Shown here one piece after another: positions 1 to 10,969 of a DNA stretch of 64,000 nt. The stretch is from assembly GCA_949358305.1 (NCBI GenBank), contig OX442314.1, forward strand, positions 24,924,001 through 24,988,000, read 5' to 3'. The notes beneath the pieces are model-generated. The model made no database searches and was not told the origin of the DNA. It worked only from the letters and a program-made list of their open reading frames with translations. Made by a program: the position numbers and the translations under genes. This DNA is from Strigamia acuminata (lineage: Eukaryota). Each line of letters starts with the position of its first letter. Position 1 is the first letter of the stretch.

Positions 1-1017
1 ATCCTTCTGCCTCAAGTGAGTCATCAATCGTTTGAGCTGTTCGTACGTTATCCACATGCAAATATTCCACGATACAAATCGATAAAAGTTTGGCACAAAT
101 CTAAAAATAAATTTAAAACATTAAAAATAAATTTTTTTTAAAAAAAAAAAAAATTTTTTTTTTTTATATACCCTTTATAAAATGCCTTGACGCCGCCTTC
201 GTGGAAGATTCTCACCGTGCAATCGATAGCACCTTTATATTGACCCTGACGCGAGTTCATAAAGCGTGTTTTCATTACGTCGACTGGTGACGCAATCACG
301 GTCGTGCAGAAGCCCGCAGCCACCGCTGAGACGAAGTGACACGGAACGTTGTCTTCCATTAATTTATAGTTGATGATATTCTCCTTGATTACGTCGTAAC
401 AAACTATTTCCGCCACATTCACGATTGCATTTCTCGCCATGTTTGGAATAATACCTAAGAAAAAAAATCCAAAAAAATAAAATATATAATTTTTTTTTTT
501 TTTTTATAAATATATAAAAAAAAAATTTTTTTTAAAAAATAGAAAAAAAATTTTTTACCTTTCCACAAGCCTTTAACTCCTTCTTCGGTAACAATGGTAC
601 GATATGCGTTAAATGTGCTAGTGTATCGTCCTTGCCCTAAACTGCGATTTTGAGCCTGCATTCGCACTTTGACCACGTCGGTCGGTTGAGCGCAAGCAAC
701 GGCCGTGCAACCGGTCGTAATTCCTGCTAAAACTCGAACTGCGATATTCGAAGCTGTTCCAGCATCAGCTACATGAAATTAATAAAAATTTAAATTAAAA
801 TTTAATTTTTTTTTTTTTTTTTTAAATTACAATTTAATAAACCGATGTAAAATCGTTTGACGTTGTCGTATAACCCAATTCGGATGGACGCAAAACACAT
901 TTGGCGTTGCAAACCGGCGTTTAAACCGTTGTAAAGACTCAATGGTCCTTCCTGTTTGCTCATTGTAATAATCGTGCCAAACAAACCGCGGTATTTTAAT
1001 GTCGTGGCACCGCTTGT
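1..1017 (-). repeat. Partial second copy of the UCP gene (most of coding exons 2-5), apparently identical to 12092..13108
   Basis: Matches 12092..13108 at constant offset 12091, including intronic homopolymer lengths where checked; ORF translations are identical; ends exactly at the N gap. Confidence 0.95.
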
Positions 1018-1217
1018 NNNNNNNNNNNNNNNNNNNNNNNNNNNNNNNNNNNNNNNNNNNNNNNNNNNNNNNNNNNNNNNNNNNNNNNNNNNNNNNNNNN
1101 NNNNNNNNNNNNNNNNNNNNNNNNNNNNNNNNNNNNNNNNNNNNNNNNNNNNNNNNNNNNNNNNNNNNNNNNNNNNNNNNNNNNNNNNNNNNNNNNNNNN
1201 NNNNNNNNNNNNNNNNN
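1018..1217. other. Assembly gap (200 N)
   Basis: Run of exactly 200 N. Confidence 1.
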
Positions 1218-1612
1218 ATGCCTTTCCTCCCTTCAATTTAATTAATAGGATCCTGTGGAAGGCTCATCACGAGAAGGCCACCATTTTGTTGGTGGTTCCC
1301 CTTTGGGCGACCCAAACTTGGTTCTCGCGGCTGTTGGAAATGCTGGTAGCAGTTCCTGTACGTTTTCCGGCCAAGGACAGGTTGTTTCTCGCCCACAGCC
1401 CGGAAGAAACGCCCCGCCTAAACCACAAGTTGGTCCTCCTTGGCTGCAAAATCTCGGGGGATCCCTTGCTGCAAGAGGGTTTTCAGCGAACGCTTCCCTC
1501 CTCTTCCAGGAAAGCTGGAGGCCAGGCACCATCTCCGCATATTCAGCGGGAATTAAGAGGTGGGAGATGTTTCTATCTCAACGATCGGATCCTCCAAATT
1601 TCGACCCTGTAG
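1218..1612 (+). CDS. C-terminal part of DIRS pol ORF (DNA adenine methyltransferase-like domain), 5' truncated by gap
   Basis: AFPPFNLINRILWK...ILLVVPLWATQTWFSRLLEML, the motif string that follows RNase H in DIRS1-like elements. Confidence 0.8.
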
Positions 1613-2415
1613 TGCTGACAGCAAATTTTGTGGCCTTCCTGTTCGATCTGGGCCTCTCTTACTCCGTGGTAAACGGTAACCTGGCGGCCATTACGGCAGC
1701 TAGACTTATTACCCCGAAAACTCGGGGGCACGCGGATGTCCAGAGAGTCTTGCGGGGAGTCTACAACCTTCGCCCAGCCCTTCCTCGCTACAACCAAACC
1801 TGGGATGTGGGTTTGGCGCTGACTGCCTTACGACAACTTTGGCCGCACGGGGTATTAGGCTGGAGGAAGTTACAGATCAAACTGGTGGTCCTTATGGCCT
1901 TAGTTTCGGCTTCCAGGGTAGCTACCTTACAGTCCCTCACCTTGGCTGATGTGAAACTTGCGGAAGGGGTTGCTATCATCCGACCAGCTGCCTTGCAAAA
2001 GACGTCCAGAACCGGGGTTCACCCAGTTTTACGTTTAGCAGCGTATCCGGCGGACACGAGGATCTGTCCTTTTCAGACTCTTTTGGATTTTCTTGAGCAG
2101 ACTCAGGAGGTGAGAAAGGGGAAGGCCCTTTTTCTCATACAGAACCCTCCTTTTTCGGCGCCTACCGCCGACACGATCCGTAGATGGATCAAAGTTTTTC
2201 TACGAACAGTTGGTGTGGATACCAATGTCTTTGGCGCTCATTCCACTCGAGCTGCCTCGACTAGTGCGGCGGCCCTACATGTGCCTATTCAGGCTGTTCT
2301 AAGTGCGGCAGGTTGGACTTCCGAGTCCACCTTTGCTAAGTTTTATAATCGCCCAATAGTGGACGAAAATTTATTCCAAAATGCCATTTTGTCGATTAAT
2401 AAGCAGAATAAATAA
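1255..2415 (+). CDS. DIRS tyrosine recombinase (true start uncertain)
   Basis: Uninterrupted 386-codon ORF with catalytic R (SASRVA), HSTR, GW and Y (FAKFYNR); RICP motif. Confidence 0.9.
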   Translation: MEGSSREGHHFVGGSPLGDPNLVLAAVGNAGSSSCTFSGQGQVVSRPQPGRNAPPKPQVGPPWLQNLGGSLAARGFSANASLLFQESWRPGTISAYSAGIKRWEMFLSQRSDPPNFDPVVLTANFVAFLFDLGLSYSVVNGNLAAITAARLITPKTRGHADVQRVLRGVYNLRPALPRYNQTWDVGLALTALRQLWPHGVLGWRKLQIKLVVLMALVSASRVATLQSLTLADVKLAEGVAIIRPAALQKTSRTGVHPVLRLAAYPADTRICPFQTLLDFLEQTQEVRKGKALFLIQNPPFSAPTADTIRRWIKVFLRTVGVDTNVFGAHSTRAASTSAAALHVPIQAVLSAAGWTSESTFAKFYNRPIVDENLFQNAILSINKQNK

Positions 2416-3085
2416 TATTCGTGACTTTTGATTTTTTTTTATTTTTGGTTTGTTTTTTCTTACCTTTTAAAAAATTATTACTGCGATGCCACACTCTCCG
2501 GAGTTGGGTTTTTTGTTTTTTGTTTTTTCCTAAACAACTATTGCTCTAAAGTCTCCTGGGACTCCGGAGATTACAGAGTTAGAATGTAATCTCGGCGGAG
2601 TGAGATGAAACGTAGTTCTACGTAGTGAGTCGAATGATAGCCGAGTATCATTCTAACGATGTATATCGGAGGAGTCACAGGACCCACCTACTCCCACCCG
2701 ATTTTGTTTTTGGCAGTGCGACTGCGCTCAGCGATCTCATCGCTGTATTTTGGCCTGTGCACTCCAAGTTTCTTCTACGTTTTTTCCCATCTAATTTTTT
2801 CAGATAGTTGTTTAGCTTCTTAAGACTGACGTGACCCGGACAGGTGCGCCATCTCCTGTGACTCCTCCGATATACATCGTTAGAATGATACTCGGCTATC
2901 ATTCGACTCACTACGTAGAACTACGTTTCATCTCACTCCGCCGAGATTACAATCTTGCGTATGCGTAACACGACACGACACGACAAGAGTTTCTGAAATA
3001 GCAAAATCAAAGCGGTTTTATCAAATGTTTTTATTGCGATTCAAAGTTTAAGAGTTTAAGCTTGATCTACGTAATCCGCGACAGG

Positions 3086-3319
3086 CTAAATAGCCCACAT
3101 TAAAGTAGCCATAAATACTAATGAGAACAAAAGCGATTTGTCTTTAGTGTTGACGTCGGCATTGTTACACAAATCTTTGATACAAACGCAGTGGTGCTCT
3201 GCTTTTCCTGTATGGTCGATCTCCGTGTCGCATTTGTTTTTACGATGCTCTTTCGGTACGGCTAGGCATCCTCTATACACAAGTTCTAAAATTAATGGAA
3301 ATAAAATAAACTTTTTGCG

Positions 3320-3352
<33 letters not shown>

Positions 3353-3687
3353 TTTTAAACTTACTTTCACCGTGGACTACTTTGTCAGTTTTGAGACAAG
3401 CCTGACCTTCATCACACTCTATGGGCGTCAGTTTTTGTCGCACGCAATTACTATGGGTGTCGCAAAAATAACATTTAAGTGGAAAGCCTGTTGAAAAATG
3501 TGTAGATAATTAGAAGGAATGCATTTATAAGTATTTTAACGAATGTAAAATATTTCTATACGTTTTTAAAAATGATTTTCAATCGTTTAAAGAGATTAAT
3601 GAATGCGCGTGTTGATTAGTCAGTTCGTTTTTAGTTACCATAATTCAGCAAAGTCAAAAAGAATATCCCGATTATAAGAATTTTCAT
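3086..3687 (-). CDS. Ly6/uPAR three-finger (quiver/sleepless-like) GPI-type protein 1; 3 exons
   Basis: Signal exon MKILIIGIFFLTLLNY; exon 2 GFPLKCYFCDTHSNC...C...C; exon 3 RGC...KC...HCVCIKDLCNN plus hydrophobic tail; 10 Cys; two phase-1 GT-AG introns. Confidence 0.9.
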
Positions 3688-4142
3688 TTCGTTTGGTAAT
3701 TCTTGAATTTAGTAATTAACTTTAGTCTGCTCCTGTTTGGCACCTCCAAAATGTTCTATTTTCTCTCTATTTTTTTCTTTTGTTTTAGCCGTTTTCTCAA
3801 AGGTGGCGCTCGCTGTACCGGACTGGCAGAATTGGTAGAAGATAACATTTTTGCGTTGTGTTATAATTAAAATAAAATAAAAATTCTACACGAAGATTCA
3901 CTGTATTTGAATGAAAATTTAAAAAAAAATTATTCTACAAATCACAAAATGACTATTTTTTTTTGGCTGCTTTAGTTTGGCACGTCCAAATCCAAAATGT
4001 TTTTTTCTTTACTTTAACTGGTTTTTGAAAGATGTCACTACTTGCAGCAGGACTGGAAAGTTCGTAGGACAACGTAACAAAAGAAAATCTGGACTTTTTA
4101 AATTTTTGTTTGACCGTTGAGCTTTGCTGCATTGGTTGTTCT

Positions 4143-6215
4143 TAATGTGTTCTTATCGTCGAATAATTGATGAAAGTGGATAAAATTATGAGTGGTCGAA
4201 ATAAGCAGCCATGTCTTAGTTGGAAATTAACATAAGTGTGTTTAATAAAAATGCAAATAGTACAGAGGGCGCTCGCGTAAGCGGGCGCGTCATAAAGTAC
4301 GCAAATACAAAATGGAGTCAGAACACTCCATCATCCCCTTAATTGAGAACCAACAAGGGAGCAATTCAAATACAAATAAATTCAAATGTGATAACAAACA
4401 AATGTAACATACTAAGATCGAATTACAATAAAACAAATTAACTAAACAAATTACAAACTCAATCCATAATTTAAATTCACTGGAAAACCGTAAAATCGCG
4501 TTGGCTTTCTTTTCCTGGCTGGCCGTACAATGCGAGCTGCTTGCGGAGGTAATTAAGGCAAGGACTGAAGCGCAGGAGGTGACGGCGGAAGAGGAGGAAG
4601 CAACGGAATAGGAAATCTCGGAGGTGAGTTAGGAATTGGAATAAGCATATTTGGCTGGGGTTGGTCAGGAGCCGCGAGTTGAGGTTGAGCTTGAACAATT
4701 GGCGGAATCTCAGTGGAGTTCTGAGGCACAACAAATGGGCCAGAATGACGCTCATCCCCTTCAATTGAGCGAGAAGGCGAAATTACCATTCGTTTACGCA
4801 ATTCCTTTTCAAGCGCCGGCGGTGCCACGTTGACCCGGCCAATTTCGTCGTGGGAAACGTGTTTACGTTTGTCCAAAATCGTCCGCAACGTCTCGCGATC
4901 AGCTGCACTGGCAGAGCACTGCGGCGCAGCATCTTTAGCTGCCGCAGCCACAGGAGAAGCCGCTTCGTACGCAGGGGCAGCAACAGTCGACGGCAAAGAC
5001 GGATCGTCTTGCGGCGCAGGAAACGCTTCCATTTCGCGAGTAGGAGCGATGGTGGCGGCCAATTCCAAGTTGTTTGGGTCTGCAGCCCGCTGTCGAGTCG
5101 CACGTTTGCGAGCGAATTTCGGAGGAACACCGGCAGCAGCATGATGAATTACGGAACGAAGGGCCGCACCAGCAGCGTGCAGCAAACCGAATTCGTCCAT
5201 CCAGTCACGTCCGAGCAACGGAACTTGACCGTGTTCGGCCACACACAACGGCAATTTGCGTGTTTTCCCGTCGTACGTAACTGGAACGATGCACACGCCC
5301 GTCATCGGCAAGGAATGGCCATCGTACGACGAAAATTCAGTGGAAAGTGGTTGGATCTGGAACTGAGAAAAATATTTATTATGCATCGCGCGACTGATGA
5401 TTGTGGCGCCAGCTCCAGTGTCAATTTCCATCCATAACAGCGTCTGAGCGATTCGAAGCTCGAGAACTAGTGGTTTGGTCGGCCTGATGGACACTTCATT
5501 CACCGCGATCGGGGTTTTAGGCTTCCTCGTACGAACGGTGTAAAATGTCAGCTTGCGAGGTGCCGACACAGTGGTGTGATGAGCGGACGCTGAAAGCTTG
5601 GTGGACCGACAGATGGGCTTAATGTGCCCCTCAATGCCGCAGCCATGGCACGTTGCATTGCGGAATCTACACTCATCGTGGCGGTGTCCCGACCTGCCGC
5701 AATGTTTACACTTGACATTTTCGTGTTGCGACTGGGGACGATCCGACTGCTCTTGAGATGATCCTGTGGTGCCCCTCGAGGAGCGTTTGCCACTTTTAGG
5801 CGAATTCGCGACGTTTCTGGAGGAGTTCCCGCCCTTATCAACGTGATGCACCGACTGTTGGGGATCCACGAAGGAAGAAACATCTGCTCCGGCGATTTCT
5901 GCAGAAGTGGCCGCCTCGAGCGCCTTGGCGAAGGTCAAGTCCTTTTTGACATCAAACGACGGGAAAAACACACAAAAAGTCACAGAAGATCGTGGATTCT
6001 TTGTTGAAATTCATACCTCGTCGCCAATAATGTGTTCTTATCGTCGAATAATTGATGAAAGTGGATAAAATTATGAGTGGTCGAAATAAGCAGCCATGTC
6101 TTAGTTGGAAATTAACATAAGTGTGTTTAATAAAAATGCAAATAGTACAGAGGGCGCTCGCGTAAGCGGGCGCGTCATAAAGTACGCAAATACAAAATGG
6201 AGTCAGAACACTCCA
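4143..6215 (-). mobile_element. Non-autonomous Ty3/Gypsy-type LTR retrotransposon (2073 bp)
   Basis: Identical 188-bp LTRs 4143..4330 and 6028..6215; TSD GTTCT (4138..4142, 6216..6220); PBS TGGCGACGAGG (6016..6026, minus); purine tract AAGGGGATGA next to the 3' LTR. Confidence 0.95.
4553..5983 (-). CDS. Truncated Gag (two CCHC knuckles) plus aspartic protease and Ala/Pro-rich tail; no RT, RNase H or integrase
   Basis: CKHCGRSGHRHDEC, CHGCGIEGHIKPIC, MEIDTGAGATII, LLGRDW in a 476-codon open frame; start codon uncertain. Confidence 0.85.
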   Translation of the reverse strand: MTFCVFFPSFDVKKDLTFAKALEAATSAEIAGADVSSFVDPQQSVHHVDKGGNSSRNVANSPKSGKRSSRGTTGSSQEQSDRPQSQHENVKCKHCGRSGHRHDECRFRNATCHGCGIEGHIKPICRSTKLSASAHHTTVSAPRKLTFYTVRTRKPKTPIAVNEVSIRPTKPLVLELRIAQTLLWMEIDTGAGATIISRAMHNKYFSQFQIQPLSTEFSSYDGHSLPMTGVCIVPVTYDGKTRKLPLCVAEHGQVPLLGRDWMDEFGLLHAAGAALRSVIHHAAAGVPPKFARKRATRQRAADPNNLELAATIAPTREMEAFPAPQDDPSLPSTVAAPAYEAASPVAAAAKDAAPQCSASAADRETLRTILDKRKHVSHDEIGRVNVAPPALEKELRKRMVISPSRSIEGDERHSGPFVVPQNSTEIPPIVQAQPQLAAPDQPQPNMLIPIPNSPPRFPIPLLPPLPPSPPALQSLP

Positions 6216-6394
6216 GTTCTCCAATAGCATTTGAGTGTGTGTAAATTAAATGTAATTTACTGTTTCCGGTGAACAGAAAACAAAAATAAAATGTTTATTA
6301 CTGAAAATTTGGAAATATTAATTACACAAAAATATATTTGTATGTGGTATAATAAAATGTTAATTATTTTTAAGAGCAAAAAACATATTCAGGT

Positions 6395-7086
6395 TTAGGT
6401 AAACTGCATGAAAAAGACCATAACGATTAGAGAAAACATCACCGCTTTGCTCGTAGTTTTAACGTCGGCGTTATTACACAAATCTGCATCGCACTTGCAT
6501 ATGGTTTCCACCATTCCTCGACCATCGTCGTGTGTTTCACATTTGGTTTCATCTGAAGCATCGACACATGCTTTCTTAATGATTTCTAAAATTAAAACAA
6601 AAAAAAAATTCAAAAAGAAAACAATAAATAAACAAGTTAAATTTAAAAATTACAATTCGGATTTTAAAATTAATATTTTTCTTTTTCGAAATTATATTTT
6701 CCCTCCTTGAGTTATTTTTAAGTGTTAAAGTAAAACTATGCTGTTTTCATCTGTTTTCACCCTTGATAATAACTTGTATAAATTACCCACAGTTAAAATT
6801 AACAACACCAACACAAAAATTCAGAAAATACGAAGCTTACTCTCATCGCGGATTAATCTTTCGGTTTTAAAGCAAACTTGTTGTTCTCCGCATTCCCTAG
6901 TAAATTTTTTGCTGTCGCACGATGTCGGATCCAAAGTTGAGTCGCATTCGTAGCACGTTAAAGCAAAACCTATCCACAAATTACACAAGAGCAATTAAAT
7001 TATACACATGCACCTTTTGATTGTTATTTTACACCACCATTAGGCAGAAACACGAACAAAAACACTGCCGATAAAATCAATTTCAT
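6395..7086 (-). CDS. Ly6/uPAR three-finger GPI-type protein 2; 3 exons
   Basis: MKLILSAVFLFVFLPN / GFALTCYECDSTLDPTSCDSKKFTRECGEQQVCFK / KACVD...KCE...ICKCDADLCNN plus hydrophobic tail. Confidence 0.9.
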
Positions 7087-7961
7087 TTTGGAGCACTGCA
7101 GTCTGCAGACGATGAAATGTGGAATATTCAACGCCAATTTACTGATTTAAAGCAAGCCACGACGCTTATTTATTTATAGCCTCCTTAGCAAGTCAAAAAC
7201 TTATTATCCTCATTCAGAAAATAATTTTTACTACCAAAGAGTCAACCATTCTCTCCCTCAAATTCAAATTGTCTCGCTCCCATTTTCAACGTGCAATTAC
7301 CGAGGTTAAAAGTGTGCATGACATCATACGATGTTCATCTGCAATTCAATGAATGATTTTAATCTGAAGAATTGTTTATTTGAAACAAGAAATAACAAAT
7401 AACAAATAACAAAAATCATGTTGTGTAAAATTACTAAAATTAATGGTCACTATTTGTCTGGTGGTGGCGACATCGTGGCCCCGGTTACGTCATTCACACA
7501 AACGCCTAAAAAATAAAAAAAAATAAAAGGAAAAAAAAACATAATGTGGATTTACAATTTACATTACCGTAAATGATATCTTATCAGTTACTGCATTTTT
7601 TCTTCGATGGACAATTTATTTCAAAGGTGGCTGGGGCGGAAATTGTCTGGGGCCCTCTTCCTGAAGCAGCTATTAGCTGATTCGGACTTCTTGCTTCTCT
7701 GCAGCCAATGCAGTATACCATTTTCGTAACTGGTATTACGTTTTCCATAATGATTTAATAATAAGTAACCTACAATAAGCAACGGAGCTAACTGATCAAA
7801 ATTGAAGAAAACCTACACATTTATACCTGTTTGGGCGGTCACGTGACCCACGTGATTACAGAAATTAACCTAGGACTCAATTTGCATATGTAACGCGATA
7901 TAATTTACTTATCTTTTACACGAATACTCTATAAACATCATAAATCTAATATAATTTAGCG

Positions 7962-8587
7962 TCAAATATAGTGAATTAAAGCAGCCACGAATATGAGAGA
8001 AATAATGAGCGATTTAGTCGTTTCTTCGGTGTTGCCATTGTTGCATAAATCGGTGGTGCACACGCACATAGTGGCTCTTAATCCGGCGATTTCTGTCGAT
8101 TTTCCGCATTCGTTTACGGGTTTTCTCAGCGCAAAACCTCCGCATCCTTTCAAAATTATTTCTAAAATCAAATTATTTACAGTCGCGAGTTAATATTGGG
8201 TTTGTAAATTGTAAATTTCAGTTTTTATTCTTTTATTTACGTCTATCTTTAGTCTGCCCGACAGTTTTCATGCAAAATGGGTTTACGTCGCTCGTCGTAC
8301 ACTCCGTTACATCGTCTTGGCAGCCTTTTTCATTATCAAGGTTGCTGCATTTGTAGCAGACGAGTGTTAACCCTGACGAACAATTATTTACAAATGCCCA
8401 ATTAGTAATTATACAGTAAAAAATAAAATTAAACGCTCATTATAACCGGAAATGTTAATGAACTTGAAAAATTGTGATTAAAGTTATTTACAAATACCGG
8501 TACGCACATGCATTTGAATAGTTATTAATTGATATAATTACCACTTTTTACAAGTAGAAAAAACAGTGTTCCTGCTAGGAAATTCAT
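7962..8587 (-). CDS. Ly6/uPAR three-finger GPI-type protein 3; 3 exons
   Basis: MNFLAGTLFFLLVKS / GLTLVCYKCSNLDNEKGCQDDVTECTTSDVNPFCMK / KGCGG...EC...MCVCTTDLCNN plus hydrophobic tail. Confidence 0.9.
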
Positions 8588-9202
8588 TTAGGCGTGAGTG
8601 AGCGTAAAATGAATTATAAATTGAACTGACAAATGCCAATTGAAGTAAATTCTAGTTCAAGGTTGGTCACTTAATTTTATACTACCATTACACCATAAAA
8701 CAATATTTTATATTTAAAAAAATAAAAAATAAATAAAATAAAAAATAAAAATGCTAGAAATATATGCAAATTATTGTGTTTTATTTCGTTAAATAATGTG
8801 TTATTGTTGTCCAGATTCCGTATTGTTGTTAACTCAATATGATTTACTTGAGTTGATAGGCTTAAGCTGATTGAGATTGAACAAGATTTTGACGCGATTA
8901 AATCGCAATTACATTGAAATGACGAGCTCGAATTTTGCGAGGGTTTAGATAAACCTTCCGTGCTGAAACCATTTTGGACTAAAAAAAAGGAAAACTAGTG
9001 ATTGAAGAAAAACCAAATGGCTTCAGCATGGAGGGAAGTGAAAATGAAAAGATATAGAAATATCTAGATACGTGTAAGAAGACAACTCGCATTATATATC
9101 TATATACACCGGTTGTGTACAATTAATATTATTATATAGTATATACATATACATATATATAATATAATTGAATTTTTATTAAAATTTAAAAACATAAAAA
9201 AG

Positions 9203-10360
9203 ATGATAGGTAAGTCAATTAAAGTGAAAATTCAAATTTTTCATCGTGAATATTTTCGAAATTTACAGCTCATAGAGGTCGACATACACAATTTACTACA
9301 GTTCGGCAAGCGCCACCTGTAGATTGGAAGATTGAACTACACAGTATTGGATTAAATTGTAAATAAAGTAAAATTTAATTTTAAAATCTAATTTTTCTCA
9401 ATTATTTTTAAAAAATATTTATAGATGACACAGGTGTAAACATTTTTAATGTAAATCAGAGATTGATTCAGATGGTTATCGAATCAAAAATCGAGCGCAA
9501 AAAGGTGATATTGTACAAATAATACGCAAATTATCAAATTTTAAATATTATTTATTTCAATTTCTCAACAGTTGGAAGCCATGCACAAAAACATAACAGT
9601 CCTAAAACAAATAGTTGATGCTGATTACGAATTCCGTCATTACGTCTACATAATTCGCCAGTTGTCTTACATGAAATCCATTATTAAGTGTCAATTGGAA
9701 TCCTTGGCTGTTGCCAAGCAAGAATTGCACGCAATAGAGCGCAAACTGAGAGAAGTGAGTGAAAAAATAAAAATAAAGATAAATAAACACAAAACACTTG
9801 TTCAAACTTCCAGTTACAATTTGCTCCGACTAGAGCATTGCAAGCACTTCAATTGGAAGCTTCTATTGAGGAGACTTTGTGCAATGATTTAAAGTCTATT
9901 GTCACCCATTTGCAAAGGCAGTTAGAACAAATGGAAAATTATTACGGCGTAGAAAAACCAAAAACAGATGTTCGTTTTAATGATCCTCTTCAAAGACGAA
10001 GAACGAGCTCAGGATTTGGTGAAAAATTAAAATTACTTTACACTAATAATTCATAAAGTCGTGCGCAAGCCCACTAATTCGACCGCCATTTTTTTGTTTA
10101 TAGTCTGAATGACTTTATGAATGCGCCTGCTTGACGAATAGATAGTTTTATTCAATTTTTAATTAACTTTTGCAGTTATATCAGCACCAATACCAAGTAG
10201 ACAAGGTTGTGTGCAAAGATTCATACAGTTTCTACGCCGTTACATGACTTGTCACGGTTGCAATTGTTATCCGAGAGCTAGATGGCAACCGGATCATGAG
10301 TTGGAACAGTTACGTTTTCTCGAACTAACTCCGAATATACAGCGTTTTCAATTGGCGTAA
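9203..10360 (+). CDS. Hypothetical 244-aa protein, predicted coiled-coil core; 6 exons (9203-9209, 9269-9343, 9425-9504, 9572-9754, 9814-10018, 10176-10360)
   Basis: Five GT-AG introns join into one stop-free frame of 735 nt; no family recognised; first micro-exon is the least certain. Confidence 0.7.
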
Positions 10361-10780
10361 TTATAGACTGAAGTAAATCTCCCTTGATGACGTTATGACG
10401 CTTTTGCTTTGTTACAAAGTGATAGTCTACAGATTTTAGTTTATTTCAGTCACGCAGTTTTTAATATTTATTGCATATAATTAAAATTGAAGTTATTATT
10501 CCTTCCGACGACATCCTAGGCAATAAACTACTTGTTTTGTGATTTCTTGATTTGATTTATTTATTTATTATTTAGTATGGGACTGGGACACGGTTTAGTA
10601 TTTTGACCAACAGATGGCGCCACTGTTTTTATTTGTATATATTTTAAATTAATTTTTTGTTGTAAAAATTTAAATTTTAAATTTTAAATATTTTAATTTA
10701 CATAGGAACGTGTGAATTAATTATTTTTAACGGAAATTGTTGTTGGTTTATGTGCAGTCGTAATTGAAGAATGGTCAGTT

Positions 10781-10854
10781 GGCGCCGTGGCTTAGTTGGT
10801 TAAAGCGCCTGTCTAGTAAACAGGAGATCAAGAGTTCGAATCTCTTCGGTGCCT
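10781..10854 (+). tRNA. tRNA-Thr(AGT)
   Basis: Cloverleaf: GGCGCCG/CGGTGCC acceptor, CCTGT-CTAGTAA-ACAGG anticodon arm, AAGAG-TTCGAAT-CTCTT T arm; downstream T-run. Confidence 0.95.
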
Positions 10855-10969
10855 TCACGTCCGATTGTTCTTTTTATATCGTTTTTTCGAAACGTGATAT
10901 ATTTAATTTTATATATATAAAATACAATTGAAAGTATTTGATCTTATATTTAACCCATTTCTGATACAT

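Larger units (their letters stand above)
1218..2951 (+). mobile_element. DIRS1-like tyrosine-recombinase retrotransposon, right portion (left part lost in gap)
   Basis: Methyltransferase-like end of pol (AFPPF...LLVVPLW..QTWF) overlapping a tyrosine recombinase ORF in another frame; 98-bp inverted repeat 2585..2682 / 2854..2951 consistent with internal complementary region plus right terminus. Confidence 0.9.

Noticed and set aside
802..1612. ORFs 802..1236, 956..1612 and 999..1241 suggesting a UCP-DIRS fusion
   Set aside because: They read through the 200-N gap; the two sides are unrelated contig ends.
1255..2415. Phage or bacterial integrase, i.e. contamination or horizontal transfer
   Set aside because: Overlap with a DIRS pol tail and the terminal repeat structure explain it as a eukaryotic DIRS element.
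2625..2911. Two opposite-strand ORFs starting MSRMIAEYHSNDVYRRSHR
   Set aside because: By-product of the 98-bp inverted repeat; no coding evidence.
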